DNA from: an uncultured Thermoprotei archaeon
GTDB taxonomy: Archaea > Thermoproteota > Thermoprotei > Thermofilales > B15-G2
NCBI GenBank assembly: GCA_965367815.1
Contig: CBDUKN010000020.1
Location: 1-45,392 of the forward strand
DNA: 45,392 nt
Reading direction: 5' to 3'
In this document: piece after piece, positions 1 to 11,221 of the stretch
How the letters are laid out: each line of letters starts with the position of its first letter
Position numbering within the stretch: position 1 is the stretch's first letter
The notes under the pieces: model-generated
Database searches by the model: none
What the model was told of the DNA's origin: nothing
The model's input: the letters and a program-made list of their open reading frames with translations, nothing else
Program-made: the position numbers and the translations under genes

Positions 1-61
1 GCTAAGCACTCTGAACTCTATAGTATAGGAGCCAGGTTGCTCTGGTTTAACTATAAAGTCT

Positions 62-319
62 ATGTTAGCTGAGCTCTATACCGTTAGAATACCCAAAGAA
101 ATACGGGTAAAAATGAGAAAGTATTTCCATATAAATTGGAGCGAAGTGATAAGGAGAGCTATTATTCAGAAAATCGAAGAAGAAGAGCGTAAAGAAGACA
201 TAAGGAAAGCTATACAGATAATGGATTCTATAAGACTTAAAGTGCTCAAAGAGCAGGGGGCAGCTAAAGACTATGATTCAAGCGAGGTGATCAGATATTG
301 GAGAGAAAAGTTAAGCTAG
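62..319 (+). CDS. Putative RHH/CopG-type antitoxin (VapB-like)
   Basis: 85 aa; N-terminal TVRIPKEIRVKM...INWSEVIRRAI (RHH-like), C-terminal DSSEVIRYWRE; overlaps the downstream PIN gene. Confidence 0.8.
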   Translation: MLAELYTVRIPKEIRVKMRKYFHINWSEVIRRAIIQKIEEEERKEDIRKAIQIMDSIRLKVLKEQGAAKDYDSSEVIRYWREKLS

Positions 320-735
320 TAGACGCTAGTGTAGCTGTTAAATGGTTTGCTACTAAAAAGTATTCTGAAAAAGCTCTCAAAATACGTGATACCTACTTTA
401 ACGGAGATCTTGAACTATTAGCTCCCGACTTAATATACTATGAAGTAGCAAATGCTCTACGATTTCATAGAAAAATAAAATTTAGTAAAGATGATATAGT
501 TAATGCTATTAACTTAATTAAACTTCTCCACATTACTTGTCCTCTAAGCAAATTAGACTGGCTTAAAGCTTCTGAATTATCTTTAGATTTTAATATTAGC
601 ATGTATGATGCAATATATATTGCGTTTGCTATAAATAGAGAATGCCGACTAGTTACAAGTGATGAAAAACTCTACAATAAATTGGATAAACTTCAAGATA
701 ATGTTATAGTGTTGCTCAAAGACTACAGCATCTAG
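298..735 (+). CDS. vapC: PIN-domain toxin (VapC family)
   Basis: LVDASVAVKW...YEVANAL...YDAIYIA...LVTSDEKL acidic PIN residues. Confidence 0.9.
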   Translation: MERKVKLVDASVAVKWFATKKYSEKALKIRDTYFNGDLELLAPDLIYYEVANALRFHRKIKFSKDDIVNAINLIKLLHITCPLSKLDWLKASELSLDFNISMYDAIYIAFAINRECRLVTSDEKLYNKLDKLQDNVIVLLKDYSI

Positions 736-784
736 TTAATACTGTTTTGAGTAGTGCTTTATACGTAGATATACTAAGTATTCT

Positions 785-2638
785 GTGAAAAAGAAAAAGT
801 TAGTCATTATAGGTATTGACTCATTAATGCCTACTGTTCTCGAAAAACTGGTTGAGAGAAATGAGCTTCCCACATTTAAGAAGTTGATGGAAGAAGGAGC
901 TTATAGTAGAGCTTATCCGTTTTATCCCACCGAGACTGGCTGTAATTGGGCTACTATTGCTACTGGAGCTACTCCAGCTAAACATGGCTGCAAATATGTT
1001 TTAAGACTTCCTGGAAGACCTTTAGACAAGTCTGTTTGGGGATTTTCCTCAGAGTACTGTAGAGCTGAGCAAATATGGCAAGTAGTAGATAAGCTTGGAG
1101 ACCTCAGCATTATACTAGACTACCCTCAATCCTATCCCATTAATATCAAGAATGTAGTGCATGTAGGTGAGGACGGGTACCCTGGACCTAATAGCAGGTT
1201 CTGTATAGCTAATGCTCATGCATATAAGACAGAGGAGCCTCCGCCAGATGTACCCGAGTATCTTAGAGCCTATACTACTCGAATTAAAGTTAAGCCTGCC
1301 GAAGGCTGGAAAAATCTGCCTGAAGGAGAGTTTCTTGAAACAGAAATTCCTCTTAAGACAAGATTTGAGGAACTGAAATTCTATTTACTTATAGAGAAAA
1401 GAGGAGAAGTTTTTGATAAGGTTTCGCTGTTTACCGAAAAAGACTACGAGAAGAAGCTAGGTGAAGCAGCGAAAGGTTCATGGAGCAACTGGATGAAATA
1501 CTCATTCAAGCTGTACGACAAAAGAGTTGAAGCCTATTTCAGAATAAAACTGATAGATATTTCTCCTGATGGCCGCCGCCTTCACGTCTACTTTACTCAA
1601 ATATATCCTGCTGAAGGATGGTCTCATCCACCCGAGTTAGCTAGAGAACTTGTAGAAAAGTTTGGACCCTACTTACATAGACCTACCGAGCAGGCGCTTG
1701 TTGTCAGCGGCGCAGAAGACCCTGAAACGTTTATTGAGGAACAAGAGTACCAGGCTGAGTGGTACGCTAAAACGGCTCAGTACTTGCTGAAAAAATATGA
1801 GTGGAGGCTCTTCATTATGAAGTGGCATGGACCAGACTTCTTCCAGCACTTTAGCTTACACTTAATAGATCCTACTCACCCACTCTTCAATAAAGATAAA
1901 GAAGAAGATGGATGGAAGCTTTATGCGAGATTCTACAGAATATGCGATAACCTAGTTTCCAGCATACTTGAGGCTGTCGATGAAGAAAATACTGTAGTCT
2001 GCGTAGTATCTGACCACGGCCATGTCGCTAACGTAGTAACACACGTGTGGAACGATGTTTTAGAAAAGGCAGGACTTTTCTCAAGGAAACCTGATGGCTC
2101 AATAGACTGGTCGAAGACTAAAGCATTTATTGGCGGCGAAGGAGTCTGGATAAATCTCAAGGGAAGATATCCTCATGGCATAGTTGAGCCAGGAGAAGAG
2201 TATGAGGAAGTCCGCGAGCAAGTAATAAAACTTCTATCTGAGCTAAAAGACCCTCTCTCAGGTGCTCCAATATTCTCCCTTGTTTGTAGAAAAGAAGACA
2301 CAGGAATACTGGGTATGGGAGGCGACAGAGACCCCGATATAGTAATATGTTACCATGTGCCTTTGAAGCCTAAAGTAGCTAAGAAAACGATACTAGAGAG
2401 CCCACCATGGGGCAAAGTTACGGGAACTCATGGACCCTTCCTTCCTTCAGCTCGAACGCTTGTAGGAACAATTGAATCAGTGTTCCTCATAAAAGGCCCC
2501 AGCGTTAAAAGAGGCTACAGAAGGAAATATCCGATAAGCTTAGCTGATGTAGCTCCAACACTCTGCTACTTAGCAGGACTTCCTATTCCGCGAGACGCCG
2601 ACGGTAAAATACTTTACGATATAATTGAATATTTATAA
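785..2638 (+). CDS. Alkaline phosphatase superfamily protein (nucleotide pyrophosphatase/phosphodiesterase-like)
   Basis: IIGIDSL, PTETGCNWATIATG, DFFQH, VVSDHGH and late TGTH metal-binding motifs. Confidence 0.85.
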   Translation: MKKKKLVIIGIDSLMPTVLEKLVERNELPTFKKLMEEGAYSRAYPFYPTETGCNWATIATGATPAKHGCKYVLRLPGRPLDKSVWGFSSEYCRAEQIWQVVDKLGDLSIILDYPQSYPINIKNVVHVGEDGYPGPNSRFCIANAHAYKTEEPPPDVPEYLRAYTTRIKVKPAEGWKNLPEGEFLETEIPLKTRFEELKFYLLIEKRGEVFDKVSLFTEKDYEKKLGEAAKGSWSNWMKYSFKLYDKRVEAYFRIKLIDISPDGRRLHVYFTQIYPAEGWSHPPELARELVEKFGPYLHRPTEQALVVSGAEDPETFIEEQEYQAEWYAKTAQYLLKKYEWRLFIMKWHGPDFFQHFSLHLIDPTHPLFNKDKEEDGWKLYARFYRICDNLVSSILEAVDEENTVVCVVSDHGHVANVVTHVWNDVLEKAGLFSRKPDGSIDWSKTKAFIGGEGVWINLKGRYPHGIVEPGEEYEEVREQVIKLLSELKDPLSGAPIFSLVCRKEDTGILGMGGDRDPDIVICYHVPLKPKVAKKTILESPPWGKVTGTHGPFLPSARTLVGTIESVFLIKGPSVKRGYRRKYPISLADVAPTLCYLAGLPIPRDADGKILYDIIEYL

Positions 2639-4057
2639 TTGTTTTTGACTAAAATAAACTTTTTCTAAGTCTTTTAAATCAAATAAAAGTACATTAGAGA
2701 TCGCGCCGCTAATACTATCTTTATTTTCTATTTCTTTAGCAATAATGCAGTAGTAAAGCTTTCCGCTTATATTTAGCTTAGTAGCCTTATTAATTAAAGC
2801 TTTGTATATTCTTTTTACATCGGAAAATTTAAGTCTACTCCACTTTACTTCGACTATAATGTATTCCTTTTTATTTTTATTAAATCCTAGTAAATCTATT
2901 TCAAGTGATTCTCCTTTACTTGTTTTCCACCAATGTCTTCCAATTTTATGTATTTTTATAGGTAAACTTATTTTTAGCACAAAGTCTTTAGCTATTTTTT
3001 CGAAAACTATGCTCATGTAGTTATTGTAGTCTGCTATTATTTCTTCTAGCACTATTTTTCCTCTTTTCTCTTCTATTAAGTCTTTGTTCGGATATATATA
3101 GCGGAACCAGAAATTGAAGTAATTGTCTTTAATATAATACAGTCGTTTTTTCGTTTTAGGTTTCTCTAAGACAGGAGTTTCATAGGAGACTATGTCGAGA
3201 AGCTCTAGTGTGTCCATATATCTAGAAACAGCTGCTTTGTCTAAGCCTGTAGTATTAGCTATTTCAGATATTCTTCTTTTTCCTTCAGCTAGTGCTTCCA
3301 AAATAAGCTTGTAGTTGCGAGGCTCTCTCAACTCTTGTCTTAGTAGGTTTTCCGCTTCTTCATAGAGCTCTGCTCCCTTTCTTAAGAAAAGCTTCTCTAT
3401 ATTTTCGAATACTTTCAGCTTCGGGTCTAGTTTACATAAGTAAGCGGGTACTCCGCCTAGAGCTCCATAAAGATAGAGTAGTTCCGTAAAAGTGTATGAG
3501 GGAACAAAGCTCTTTATGTAAGGTAGCTTCAGTTCAGTTACTTTCCACTGACCGGTTCTTCTTCCGTAAAGCGGACTCTTGTAGCCTAGAACATCGGTTT
3601 CCATCATACCTATGCTAGATCCACAGAGGATTAACACTATGTCAGTTCTTTTAGACAAGTATTCGTCCCATATTTTCTGAAAAACTGATACCACTCCTTT
3701 GTCTATTTCAATTAAATAAGGGAACTCATCTAATATAATTACTACTTTTTCGTCTCCTGTTTTCCATTCTAAAAACTCTCTGAATAAGTCTTCCCAGTCG
3801 GCGAACTGTATGCGAGCAAAACTTTTCTTACCTAAGTACTCTGCCATTTTCCTAGCCATTTTCAATATATTTAATTGAGGACTAGTTTTTTCACATAGAA
3901 AATAAATATAATTCTTATTTTTAACAAACTTTAAAAGTAGTTCAGTTTTTCCTATTCTCCTTCTACCATAGATTACTATAAGCTGAGCTCTATTTTCTTT
4001 ATATTTTTCTTCAAGAAAAGCGAGTTCCTCTGTCCTATCTACAAAAAGTTGATTCAC
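2633..4057 (-). CDS. Archaeal ATPase with wHTH and DUF234/PD-(D/E)XK-like C-terminus
   Basis: FVDRTEEL, Walker A YGRRRIGKT, Walker B IILDEFPY, DNYFNFWFRY, EIDLL...EVKW. Confidence 0.9.
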   Translation of the reverse strand: MNQLFVDRTEELAFLEEKYKENRAQLIVIYGRRRIGKTELLLKFVKNKNYIYFLCEKTSPQLNILKMARKMAEYLGKKSFARIQFADWEDLFREFLEWKTGDEKVVIILDEFPYLIEIDKGVVSVFQKIWDEYLSKRTDIVLILCGSSIGMMETDVLGYKSPLYGRRTGQWKVTELKLPYIKSFVPSYTFTELLYLYGALGGVPAYLCKLDPKLKVFENIEKLFLRKGAELYEEAENLLRQELREPRNYKLILEALAEGKRRISEIANTTGLDKAAVSRYMDTLELLDIVSYETPVLEKPKTKKRLYYIKDNYFNFWFRYIYPNKDLIEEKRGKIVLEEIIADYNNYMSIVFEKIAKDFVLKISLPIKIHKIGRHWWKTSKGESLEIDLLGFNKNKKEYIIVEVKWSRLKFSDVKRIYKALINKATKLNISGKLYYCIIAKEIENKDSISGAISNVLLFDLKDLEKVYFSQKQL

Positions 4058-4164
4058 AATTATTATAATCTACTGTCATCTATAAATTGATTCCTATTGC
4101 AACAAATGCTTACAGGGTTGCCCGGGTACTGAAGTAATAAATAGCGTTTAAACGCAAATATTCT

Positions 4165-6555
4165 GTGAAGAAAATTCACATAATTTCGCAGTCACATATC
4201 GATGTAGCCTGGTTCTGGCCATGGAATCCTGAAACTATACACGATTGCTGCCGTCTAACTTTTCTTAGAGCTCTCTTTATACTGAGTAGGGTAAAGAGCT
4301 ATAAGTATGTTCAAGACCAAGTCCCATTCTACGAAGCCATGAAAAAATACTATCCCGAAATCTTTGAGTCTATTAAAAAGTATGTCAGTGAAGGAAGATG
4401 GATAGTAACTGGCTGCATGTATGTTGAAGCAGACATTGAGGGACTGTGTGGAGAATCTCTTATAAGACAGTGTCTCTATGGCAAGAAATACTTTCTCGAA
4501 GAATTCGGTGTAGACATTAAGGTATGCTGGATACCCGACAACTGGACTCATTCACCTCAGTTACCTCAAATACTGCTTAAGAGTGGAGTAAAGTACCTAG
4601 TTTACAAGAGAGGATTCAAAGAAGAAACTGTCTTCTGGTGGGAAGGAATAGACGGCTCAAGAGTTCTAGCTTGCAGACCACCTTTCATACCCTCATTCAT
4701 GACACGGCCATATCCAAATCTACGTGAAGTCGCAAGCCTTTACGAGAAATACGGACTAGAGAACGCTATGGTGCTTGTTGGTAAAGGAGACCACGGCGGA
4801 GGGCTAACATACCAAGAAGTAATGAATGTTGAGAAGCTATCGAGAGAGCAGAAAGGCCTTCAAGTATTCTTCTCTACTCCTGAAGACTTCTTCGCAGCCA
4901 TTGAAAAAGAAATCGAAGAAAAGGGAATTAAACTGCCTGTACTTCGAGGAGAATTAGGCTGGGAGCTCGTAGGCTGCTTAACTAATCGCTTCGAACTAAA
5001 GAAATTGAACAGACTATGTGAAAACAGCCTGCTTTCAGCAGAAAAATTCTCTGCAATAGCCTACGCCTACAATTTACTAGAATATCCTGAAAAAGAATTG
5101 AGAAAACTGTGGAAAACACTTCTATTTAATCAGTTTCATGACATTATAGGTGGAACAGTAGTAGAAGAGGCTTATGAGGCAGCAGTCAGCGACTTAAATA
5201 GAGTTTTAAGTGAATCAAAGCAGCTGCTCATTAAAGCCCTTAAAGCTATTTCTTCTCAAATAGATACAAGCAAATACGATGTAAACATTATTGTATTTAA
5301 TCCACTATCATGGGAGAGAACAGACGCTGTAGAAGTAGAGCTCGCACTGCCCTCCACATGGAGTAAAATTAGAGTAGTTGATTACAGCGGAAAAGAAGCT
5401 CCACTACAAGTATTGAGTACAGTCAAGCAGTCGCCTTCAAAGAAAATAGTTAAAGTAATTTTCATAGCTGAAAACGTACCTCCTTTGGGCTATAAAGTCT
5501 ATGGAATAGAAGGAGGAGAAGCGAAAGAGAAAAGCGAGCTTAAAGCCTCAGACAAAGTTATTGAAAATACTTCATATAAAGTATCATTAAATGAAAAAGG
5601 CTTTATTGAAAGCATCTACGACAAGGAACTAGAAGTCGAGTTGCTGAAAGAACCTATTAAACTCCAGCTAATAGAGGACCTAGGGGACTCTGAGGGAAGA
5701 CTTCTTCCCGGTAAAAACGACTTCAACATATACACTGGCAACATAGCTGAAGTAGACTCAGAACCTACTATAAAGCTAGTAGAGAAAGGACCTGTGAGAA
5801 CTAAACTCAGAGTACTTAGAAACCATATGTCCTCGAAGTATGCTCAAGAAATAGTGCTGTACTCGAAGATAAAGCGAGTAGAATTCAGATTCCTTGTAGA
5901 CTGGCACGAGAAACAGAATGTACTGAAAGCAGTATTCTCGTTCAACATACAGCAACCCAAGCTGACATGTGGAACACAGTTTGGAGCAATACCAAGAGAG
6001 TTTAGTGAAGAAGAAAGCCCGTTCTATAGATGGATAGACATATCAGAGGAAAGAGAGGCGCGTGGAGTAACAGTAATAGCTCCATTTAACTGCAGCTACG
6101 ACACAAGAAACACTTCAATTAGACTATCGCTCTTAAGGAGTACTGTTAAGCCAATGCTCGTGACAGACGAAGGACTCCACGAAATAGTCTATGCACTATA
6201 CTCACATGAAGAAGACTGGAGGCAAGCAGTAAAACCGAGCTTCGAACTAGACAATAAGCTCATTCCAATAATAGAGAATAAACATAAAGGAAAACTGCCG
6301 TCCACATACTCCTTTTTAAAAATAGATCCACCTAACGCAATACTAACAGCACTCAAGAAAGCAGAAAACAGTGAAGAAATAATACTCAGGCTAAATGAAC
6401 CCTACGGCAAAGAAACAACAGTATCAGTTTCAACAAACCTACCTTACAGAAAAGTACACAAAGTAAACCTACTTGAAAAACCATTAAATACGCTAACTTC
6501 CCTTAATTTACACTTAAAGCCGTTCGAAATACTATCGCTGAAACTCGCCAAATAA
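4165..6555 (+). CDS. Alpha-mannosidase, glycoside hydrolase family 38
   Basis: SHIDVAWFW, GESLIRQCLYG, WIPDNW nucleophile region, GDHGGG, NQFHDIIGGT. Confidence 0.9.
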   Translation: MKKIHIISQSHIDVAWFWPWNPETIHDCCRLTFLRALFILSRVKSYKYVQDQVPFYEAMKKYYPEIFESIKKYVSEGRWIVTGCMYVEADIEGLCGESLIRQCLYGKKYFLEEFGVDIKVCWIPDNWTHSPQLPQILLKSGVKYLVYKRGFKEETVFWWEGIDGSRVLACRPPFIPSFMTRPYPNLREVASLYEKYGLENAMVLVGKGDHGGGLTYQEVMNVEKLSREQKGLQVFFSTPEDFFAAIEKEIEEKGIKLPVLRGELGWELVGCLTNRFELKKLNRLCENSLLSAEKFSAIAYAYNLLEYPEKELRKLWKTLLFNQFHDIIGGTVVEEAYEAAVSDLNRVLSESKQLLIKALKAISSQIDTSKYDVNIIVFNPLSWERTDAVEVELALPSTWSKIRVVDYSGKEAPLQVLSTVKQSPSKKIVKVIFIAENVPPLGYKVYGIEGGEAKEKSELKASDKVIENTSYKVSLNEKGFIESIYDKELEVELLKEPIKLQLIEDLGDSEGRLLPGKNDFNIYTGNIAEVDSEPTIKLVEKGPVRTKLRVLRNHMSSKYAQEIVLYSKIKRVEFRFLVDWHEKQNVLKAVFSFNIQQPKLTCGTQFGAIPREFSEEESPFYRWIDISEEREARGVTVIAPFNCSYDTRNTSIRLSLLRSTVKPMLVTDEGLHEIVYALYSHEEDWRQAVKPSFELDNKLIPIIENKHKGKLPSTYSFLKIDPPNAILTALKKAENSEEIILRLNEPYGKETTVSVSTNLPYRKVHKVNLLEKPLNTLTSLNLHLKPFEILSLKLAK

Positions 6556-6612
6556 ATGGCAATCAAATCAATGTAGCAGACAGTATAAGTATACGAGGAA
6601 TTATGAATAGAT

Positions 6613-7269
6613 GTGAGGCTCTCAGAAAGACTTCATGAAGATGTCAAGGAAATATGGTCTAAGATATTATCGCATCCCTTTGTAGTAGAGCTTTATGAAG
6701 GTAAGCTCCCTTTATATAAGTTCAAGTACTACGTAATACAAGACTACAACTACTTAGTAACCTTAATGAAAAGCTATTCCATTATAGCAGCTAAAGCAGA
6801 CCCCACGACAGCAGCAATAGCCCTCAAAATAGCATACCTCGACGCAACTATTGAAATAGAAAACTACAAGAAAATATTAGAGAAACTAGGATTAAGTTTA
6901 AACGAAGTAATTGAGACAGAACCCGCGCCAACAGCACTAGCATACATGAACTTCCTCTACACTACTTGTAGCCAAGGAACTTCTCTAGAAGGACTAATAG
7001 CAACACTACCGTGCTTCTGGACATATCTCGAAATAGCAGAAAAACATAAAAACAAATTAGACAGAAATCCCGTAGAGCTTTACCGTTCATGGTGTCAAGC
7101 ATATTTAAGTAAAGAATATAGAGAGCTTTTAAACGAATTAAGAATAATAATAGATAATTTATGGAATGGAGAAAACTACAAAAAATATTTAAAGATATTC
7201 AGAATAGCGTCAAAATACGAATACATGTTCTGGACTATGGCATATAACATGGAAAAATGGCCGATATAA
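6613..7269 (+). CDS. tenA: TenA family protein (thiaminase II-like)
   Basis: HPFVVELYEGKL, YVIQDYNYL, LPCFWTY with catalytic Cys, EYMFW. Confidence 0.9.
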   Translation: MRLSERLHEDVKEIWSKILSHPFVVELYEGKLPLYKFKYYVIQDYNYLVTLMKSYSIIAAKADPTTAAIALKIAYLDATIEIENYKKILEKLGLSLNEVIETEPAPTALAYMNFLYTTCSQGTSLEGLIATLPCFWTYLEIAEKHKNKLDRNPVELYRSWCQAYLSKEYRELLNELRIIIDNLWNGENYKKYLKIFRIASKYEYMFWTMAYNMEKWPI

Positions 7270-7332
7270 TACTCCTAATCCTTACTCAGCAATGCAGTCG
7301 CTAAGTTGGTAAAAAATAATAAATCAGTAAAA

Positions 7333-8191
7333 ATGAGCCATAATATGAGTACAGCAGACAGTTTAGAGAAAGGATACTCTATAGCTTCATGGAAAGATAA
7401 TCCCTGGTCACCTGAAGGTAAAGAAAGATATGAAACAGCTTTAAAAGAGTTTAGTATTCTTTTAGACCATCCCTGGTTTTAAAGACATACTTGAGAAAAA
7501 TAAAGTCAGCATTCTAGATATTGGAGCAGGTAGAGGAATAGGTGGCTTTAGCTAAAGTACTCAAGGAGACTAAAGATGTTAGTGAAGTAAAGCTCACGAT
7601 AATTGATTTAAGAGAAGCTGCTCTCAAAGATGCTCTTCGCTTCGCTAAAGAAGAAATACACTCAGCTGAAGTACACAAACTAGATGCTATTAAAGCACAC
7701 ACTGTAGGAAGATTTGACATAGTCTTAATGTATGGAGCAATACTCGTTCACTTTGATTCATGGAACCTCATGAGACTATTTTCCTCAGCTACTCAAGCAC
7801 TAGAAGAGAAAGGCGTAATTATTGTAGAAGAAATGGATAGAACACACATTCTTTTCACCAGGGGCTATAGTAGTATACTTGTCGAAAACTCTGATCCACG
7901 TAACTTAAGCATATCGGTTCACACAGACTACAACTTAATCACTGGCTCATATACCAGAAGCTTCATTAGGCTCAGAACATGGGACGCTGTCTCTCTACCG
8001 CTTAACTTCAGAAGCATATTGACTATTACTTCGACACTATGGCTTTTCGTAAAAATATTGATATAACCCCTACATTAAAGCCGCAAATCTACTTTGTTTT
8101 AGGAAAAACTCTCAGAAAGAAGATACTTCCTTTTGACTTAGAAAAAGACCCGGAAGTAGTTCTGAGAAAAACTTTATGGACTTCAGACTGA
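7333..8191 (+). pseudogene. Class I SAM-dependent methyltransferase with three frameshifts
   Basis: Hand translation: ATG 7333 to TAA 7480-7482; next frame gives ILDIGAGRGIG (SAM motif I, ~7510-7543); then ORF 7542-8066; a shift at A5 8051-8055 continues to TGA 8189-8191, which overlaps the next ATG. Confidence 0.75.
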
Positions 8192-9161
8192 TGCTCACAC
8201 TAACTAACATAGCGAGAAAAATATATGATGTTTTAATTATTGGCGGAGGAGGAGCAGGCGTCACAGCTGCAATATATTCTGTGAGAAGAGGCTTGAAGAC
8301 AGCACTAGTAGAAAGAAAAGATATAGGAGGACAGCTGCTTGAAGCAAGCACAATAGAAAACTATCCGGGACTCTACGGGGAGTCATGGGGCCGGAATTAG
8401 CTCAGTTATTTAAAATGCATTTACTTGAATTTGATGTAGATTTAATATACGATGAGGTAATAGATATACATATAAAAGAGAATATTTTTGAAGTAATTCT
8501 TAAAAGCGGTGAAGTAGCAAGAGCTAGAACTGTTATAATAGCTAGTGGAATGGAACCTAGAAGACTCAATATTCCTGGCGAAAAAGAATACTTAGGCAAA
8601 GGAGTAAGCTACTGTGCTGTATGTGATGGAGCTCTTTACAAAAATAAAGTCGTAGCAGTAATAGGTGGAGGAAGTACTGCCGTAAGCTATGCTCTCTACC
8701 TCTCTGACATATGTAAAAAAGTTTACTTAATTCATAGACGTAAGCAATTTAGAGCAGAAGACATACTAGTTAAACAACTTAGAGAAAGAAGTAACATCGA
8801 AATACTAGTTCCATATGTAGCAGTAGAGATCATTGGTGAAAATAGTGTTAAAAAACTCAAAATAGTGAATAGAGAAACTATTACCGAAAAAATTATTGAT
8901 GTAGATGGAGTATTTATCGCAATAGGTCATGAGCCAAACGTGTCTTTCTTAAAGTCTATTAACCCGGAATTTAATAAGAAAGGATTTATTAAAGTAGATG
9001 CTAGAATGAGAACAAGCATTGAAGGACTCTTTGCTGCAGGAGACATAACCGGTATAGAAAATCAGCTCGTGGTAGCATGCGCCCAAGGAGCAATAGCCGC
9101 ACTTACTGCCGCAAAATACTTAAAGGAAAAAGAGCCGTGGTCATTCAAGCTAATTAACTAA
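8191..9161 (+). pseudogene. trxB: Thioredoxin-disulfide reductase split by one frameshift
   Basis: DVLIIGGGGAG...ENYPG in the first frame; GVSYCAVCDG, GGGSTA and FAAGDITG in the second; shift at about 8377-8390 (G4 runs). Confidence 0.85.
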
Positions 9162-9224
9162 AAGAATAAACTAAAGTCACTTAGTGCTAAATACTTTAGA
9201 TATGGTATAATTAACGGTGATTAG

Positions 9225-10481
9225 TTGACTAAACTCGCAATTCACGGTGGAGAACCTGTTAGAAAGGAGCCTTTTCCCCTCTATAGAGACATTGGTGAAG
9301 AAGAACTAAAAGAACTGAAAGAAGTAATCGAGTCAAAACAGCTCTTTAGGTACGGTGGAACTAAAGTCAAGAAATTTGAGGAAGAATTCGCGAAATTCTA
9401 TGGAGTAAAGCACGCTGTAGCCTGTACTTCTGGAACTGCTGCCATACATATTGCTCTAGGCGCACTAGAACTAGATGCCGGCTCCGAGGTAATTACATCG
9501 CCTATAACCGATATGGGAACAATAATCCCTATTCTAGCTCAAAACTGCATACCTATTTTCGCGGACCTAGACCCCTACACATACACACTTGACCCACGCG
9601 ACATAGAGAAACGAGTATCTGAGAAAACTAAGGCAATTATAGCAGTACATTTGTTTGGATATCCCTGCGACATGGATCCAATAATGGAAATAGCAGAAAA
9701 ACACGGCCTATATGTTATAGAAGACTGCTGCCAAGCATACCTAGCCGAGTACAAGGGCAGGCGAGTAGGAACAATAGGCCATATAAACGCGTTTAGCCTA
9801 CAAATGTCGAAACACATGACTACAGGTGACGGCGGAATAACTGTAACAAACGACGATGAACTAGGAAGAAAAGCCCGCCTATTTATGGACAAGGGCTGGG
9901 TAAGAGACGCACCCTCTTTTGCAAGAACATACGTTATGTTCGGATTCAACTACAGAATGAACGAGCTAACAGGCGCTGTAGCACTAGCGCAGCTCAAGAA
10001 ACTACCAAAAGTTGTTGAGAAAAGACGCATGCTTGGAGAAAAACTCACTAAACTGCTAGAAGATCTCGAGAACAGCGGCTATCTATATTTACCGAAGTCA
10101 ACTAAAGAAAGAAAACACTCCTTCTGGCTATACCCTATCAAAGTAAACACTGAGAAGCTAAAAGTATCAAATATAGATTTTGCTAAAGCACTCAGCGCTG
10201 AAGGAATACCTGCTAGCGCGGGCTACATAGGCAAACCGCTCTACACAGTACCCTATCTCATGGAAAAAAGAGTTTACGGTAAAACACGCTGTCCATTTGA
10301 GTGCCCCTACTATGGCAAAAAAATAGAATACAAGCCAGGACTATGCCCAAACGTCGAGAAAATACTGGCCGAAATAATAACAGTTCCAATAAATGAACAC
10401 TTCTCAGACAAAGACGTAGAAGACATAGCTGAAGCAGTAAGAAAAGTAACAGAATACTACGCTAAACAGCAACAACCTTAA
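9225..10481 (+). CDS. DegT/DnrJ/EryC1/StrS family PLP-dependent aminotransferase
   Basis: TSGTAAIH, VIEDCCQA, FSLQMSKHMTTGDGG, GFNYRMNEL. Confidence 0.92.
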   Translation: MTKLAIHGGEPVRKEPFPLYRDIGEEELKELKEVIESKQLFRYGGTKVKKFEEEFAKFYGVKHAVACTSGTAAIHIALGALELDAGSEVITSPITDMGTIIPILAQNCIPIFADLDPYTYTLDPRDIEKRVSEKTKAIIAVHLFGYPCDMDPIMEIAEKHGLYVIEDCCQAYLAEYKGRRVGTIGHINAFSLQMSKHMTTGDGGITVTNDDELGRKARLFMDKGWVRDAPSFARTYVMFGFNYRMNELTGAVALAQLKKLPKVVEKRRMLGEKLTKLLEDLENSGYLYLPKSTKERKHSFWLYPIKVNTEKLKVSNIDFAKALSAEGIPASAGYIGKPLYTVPYLMEKRVYGKTRCPFECPYYGKKIEYKPGLCPNVEKILAEIITVPINEHFSDKDVEDIAEAVRKVTEYYAKQQQP

Positions 10482-10893
10482 CTCTACACAAGTCATTTGT
10501 AGTAATCACTTCAGCCAGCCTAGTATCCGCTGTAATTAATTCTCCACCTACTATTTTAGCTAAAGCTACATAGAGAGCATCATAGAAAGTAAGCTTATAC
10601 TTAACTGCAGTCGCAAACGCTTCATTAAATAGCTTAGCAGTTGACACTACCTTTAGCCTATACCACAAGTTCAGTAAGTCTTCGACAGCATCCCATGCTT
10701 TCTTTAACGAAAGATCTTTAGTGAGTACTACATGCTTCCACAGAGCATTAAAGGCCTCTGATAGAGCAATATCAACAGTATAAGGTTCATACCCACGACT
10801 AACATTTTTTCTAAAAATTTTTCTAGACTCTTCTGATCCAGGCTCCTCTATAACAAGTTTAACTAATACACTTGCATCTAATACAAAACTCAT
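10462..10893 (-). CDS. vapC: PIN-domain toxin (VapC family)
   Basis: VLDASVLVK, SEAFNALWK, FYDALYVALA, LITAD. Confidence 0.9.
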   Translation of the reverse strand: MSFVLDASVLVKLVIEEPGSEESRKIFRKNVSRGYEPYTVDIALSEAFNALWKHVVLTKDLSLKKAWDAVEDLLNLWYRLKVVSTAKLFNEAFATAVKYKLTFYDALYVALAKIVGGELITADTRLAEVITTNDLCRVKVVAV

Positions 10894-11105
10894 TTCTCTC
10901 TATCCTCTCTAATAAATTTACTAGAATCATACTTAACTACTCTGTTTTTGGCATTTTTCTCTATCTTATTTAAAAGTTCTAACAACTCGTACTCTCTTAT
11001 TTTTTTCTCAATAAATTTTCTTATTTCATCACTCCAATTTATAGGAATTTTCTTCATCTTAAACTTAATCTCTCTCGACACACGTATACTGATTACCTCA
11101 GACAT
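10890..11105 (-). CDS. RHH/CopG-type antitoxin (VapB-like)
   Basis: VISIRVSREIK...INWSDEIRKFIE...DSSKFIREDRE; ATGA overlap with the PIN gene; similar to 62..319. Confidence 0.85.
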   Translation of the reverse strand: MSEVISIRVSREIKFKMKKIPINWSDEIRKFIEKKIREYELLELLNKIEKNAKNRVVKYDSSKFIREDREK

Positions 11106-11106
11106 A

Positions 11107-11125
11107 TGTATACAAATGTAATACA
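11107..11125. promoter_or_regulatory. Putative autoregulatory operator of the vapBC pair
   Basis: Tandem palindromes TGTATACA (11107-11114) and TGTAATACA (11117-11125) between the TATA-like element and the antitoxin ATG. Confidence 0.55.
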
Positions 11126-11221
11126 GAATATAAACTTTATGTAATACTTTAGAATACTTTGCTCACAGCACCTGGCTCAAACTATAGGGTAGAATTAGAT
11201 ACTATACTACTCGATTAAACT

